From: Octopus bimaculoides
Taxonomy: Eukaryota
Direction of reading: 5' to 3'
Assembly (NCBI RefSeq): GCF_001194135.2
Contig: NC_068983.1
Coordinates: 68,284,900 to 68,348,899 of the forward strand
DNA length: 64,000 nt
Both the position numbers and the translations under genes were made by a program. Shown here in pieces: positions 62,216-64,000 of this stretch. Under the pieces are notes generated by a model, which made no database searches, had not been told where the DNA came from, and was given only the letters and a program-made list of their open reading frames with translations. How positions within the stretch are numbered: the stretch's first letter is position 1; each line of letters begins with the position of its first letter.

Positions 62216-64000
62216 TGTTGTTATTTTGTTTTGTTTTTACAGCTTGCACAGCTGTTCTGAAATCCACACATGTAGGTTGGAAGAGAATTATAGGCTTATC
62301 AAGTTGATTTGCTCTAAATATGCTTGGAAATTTCAGTTGGGGGGTGGGGTGGCTAATCAAAAATGGATTATGGGACTTCCATACTATATTGGCATAATAT
62401 AAGACTTTTTGAAAGGAATACATGCATTTCTTTAGAATTTTATTTCTTTCTTTTCTTTTCTTTTTCAATTTCCTAAATTATTAGAAATATTTATAAAGTA
62501 GATTGACAAAAAAAAAAAACACTAAATGAAAGAAAAAATTCCATTTGTTATTGTCCTATATTATAGGATAATATATTTTACATATATTCCATACAATAAT
62601 ATAACAGTACAATTAGTACTAATAAATGTCATGTTCAGAAATAGGAATAAAGAAAACTTTAAGAAGTAACTGAGTTAAAAATGACGTGGCCATGAGCTGA
62701 ATGAGTGCACAATGATAGGTTTTTTGCTAAAACAGAAAGGTATAGTGCTGACTGATGAATCTTACCATAAATATAACCCATCATAGATACCATCCTTAAA
62801 AAAACCTAAAATTCTGCTTCCAATTTCACATGTTTAGATAAGCTGAGAAATGCTTGGATACACATTAAAGCACCCCAAATAGATCTGAACTCAAGTTCTG
62901 CAAGCTGGTTAAGCAAGTGTCTTAAGCATTTAATCATTTCACTCTTAAATGATGGCATTAACAGTTTTATGACCCTATTTTTAATGAAATATATAGCCTA
63001 AGTATTTCGATCCATTATGAAAATAATCATTTGTAGAGATTTAATAAAACAACTAATTTTTATCATCTATTGGTATTTTAAACTGGCATTTGGAAAGTTT
63101 AATATAAATACGAACACATTAAAATAAAGGTTTTGTACTACAGAACCAGATGTAGTCTTAGGTAAGTCAGTACGAAAAGTGTCACAGGAATGAGGAAAAT
63201 AACTGAAGGTATAAAATGGTTACTCAATACTATAAGGAATACCACAGAAAAGACTTACCTTTGCAAGGAGCTTATTTGATAAGTTCATATACATAATATA
63301 TTTATATTTTATAATTTCAGATGCAGATTGGAAATGAATAAACTTGTAATGATTTGTAAAGTTTACAAATTTCCAATAAATGTAACTGCTCTTTGCATTG
63401 AGTGGTTTTCCACACTACATTTATAACTATATATATATGTGTGTGTAATTAACTTTTGTACCTCAGATAAAAAACAGCTTAGCTAGTTTATTCTTTAATA
63501 TTATAAATACACATATTCTTAGAATTTACCACACACGTTGAATTAAAAGACTATGACACTGATAAAAGCAATTCCAGCAGTGATAATATTAATTTCTGAC
63601 CAAACCAATGTCACTTACCATCAAAGAAAGTATGAGTCAATACATGTTAGTCAGAGATCATTTACCAGTCAAACAAATATAAAAGAAAATAGTATCAGTA
63701 TTATGAAATAAATATAGGACTGACAAGATTTCTCATTTTAATCATTAGGTTTCAAATATTTTATCAAGTAGGAAGGAGGAAGGAAAAAAGAGTATGTAAA
63801 GAAACAAAAAAAAAAGCATAAAAATACGGAAATTATAACTACCTCATACTTAACATGGAAACTGGATTTAAAATGACAAGTAAAATATATAAACTAGCAG
63901 AGATACCCTTGCTCGGGTTTAAAATGGCATAGTTTTCCCATTGTTTTACTTGTTTCAGTCATGTGACTGCAGCCATGTTAAAGCACCGATGCGTATATAT

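Noticed and set aside
63252-63272. Consensus donor AAG|GTAAGT on the minus strand suggesting a 12-nt microexon
   Set aside because: The nearby AG lacks a polypyrimidine tract and no frame continuity with exon 54852 could be shown.
1-64000. CRISPR arrays, operons or other prokaryotic systems
   Set aside because: The sequence is eukaryotic (spliceosomal introns, SINEs/LINEs, microsatellites); no regularly spaced repeat-spacer array was seen.

Overview
AT-rich eukaryotic genomic DNA from a gapped draft assembly (eight N runs). The repeat families (RTE LINE 3' ends finishing in CCATGCTAGCATGGAAAGCGGACGTTAAAC(GAT)n, several tRNA-derived SINEs, dense (TA)n/(CA)n/(TAA)n arrays) look like an octopus/coleoid genome; this is an inference from pattern recall, not a search. 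Two probable host genes converge. (1) An intact, intronless Tigger/pogo transposase-derived ORF (+, 8004/8046..9677) whose third catalytic Asp is replaced by Glu and which has no detectable TIRs: a candidate domesticated JRK/TIGD-like gene. (2) The last nine coding exons (-, 54852 to 33793, all GT-AG and phase-consistent, about 806 codons) of a myomegalin/CDK5RAP2/centrosomin-family coiled-coil gene whose 5' part was not located. The rest is transposon debris: a degenerate mariner with TIRs and TA TSD, RTE, R4/Dong-like, CR1-like and Penelope-like fragments, SINEs, and hAT-, Mutator-, mariner- and piggyBac-type MITEs. Two well-formed (14410..14454, 22408..22449) and one degenerate minimal type I hammerhead ribozyme motifs were read from the sequence; one lies next to a Penelope GIY-YIG fragment.
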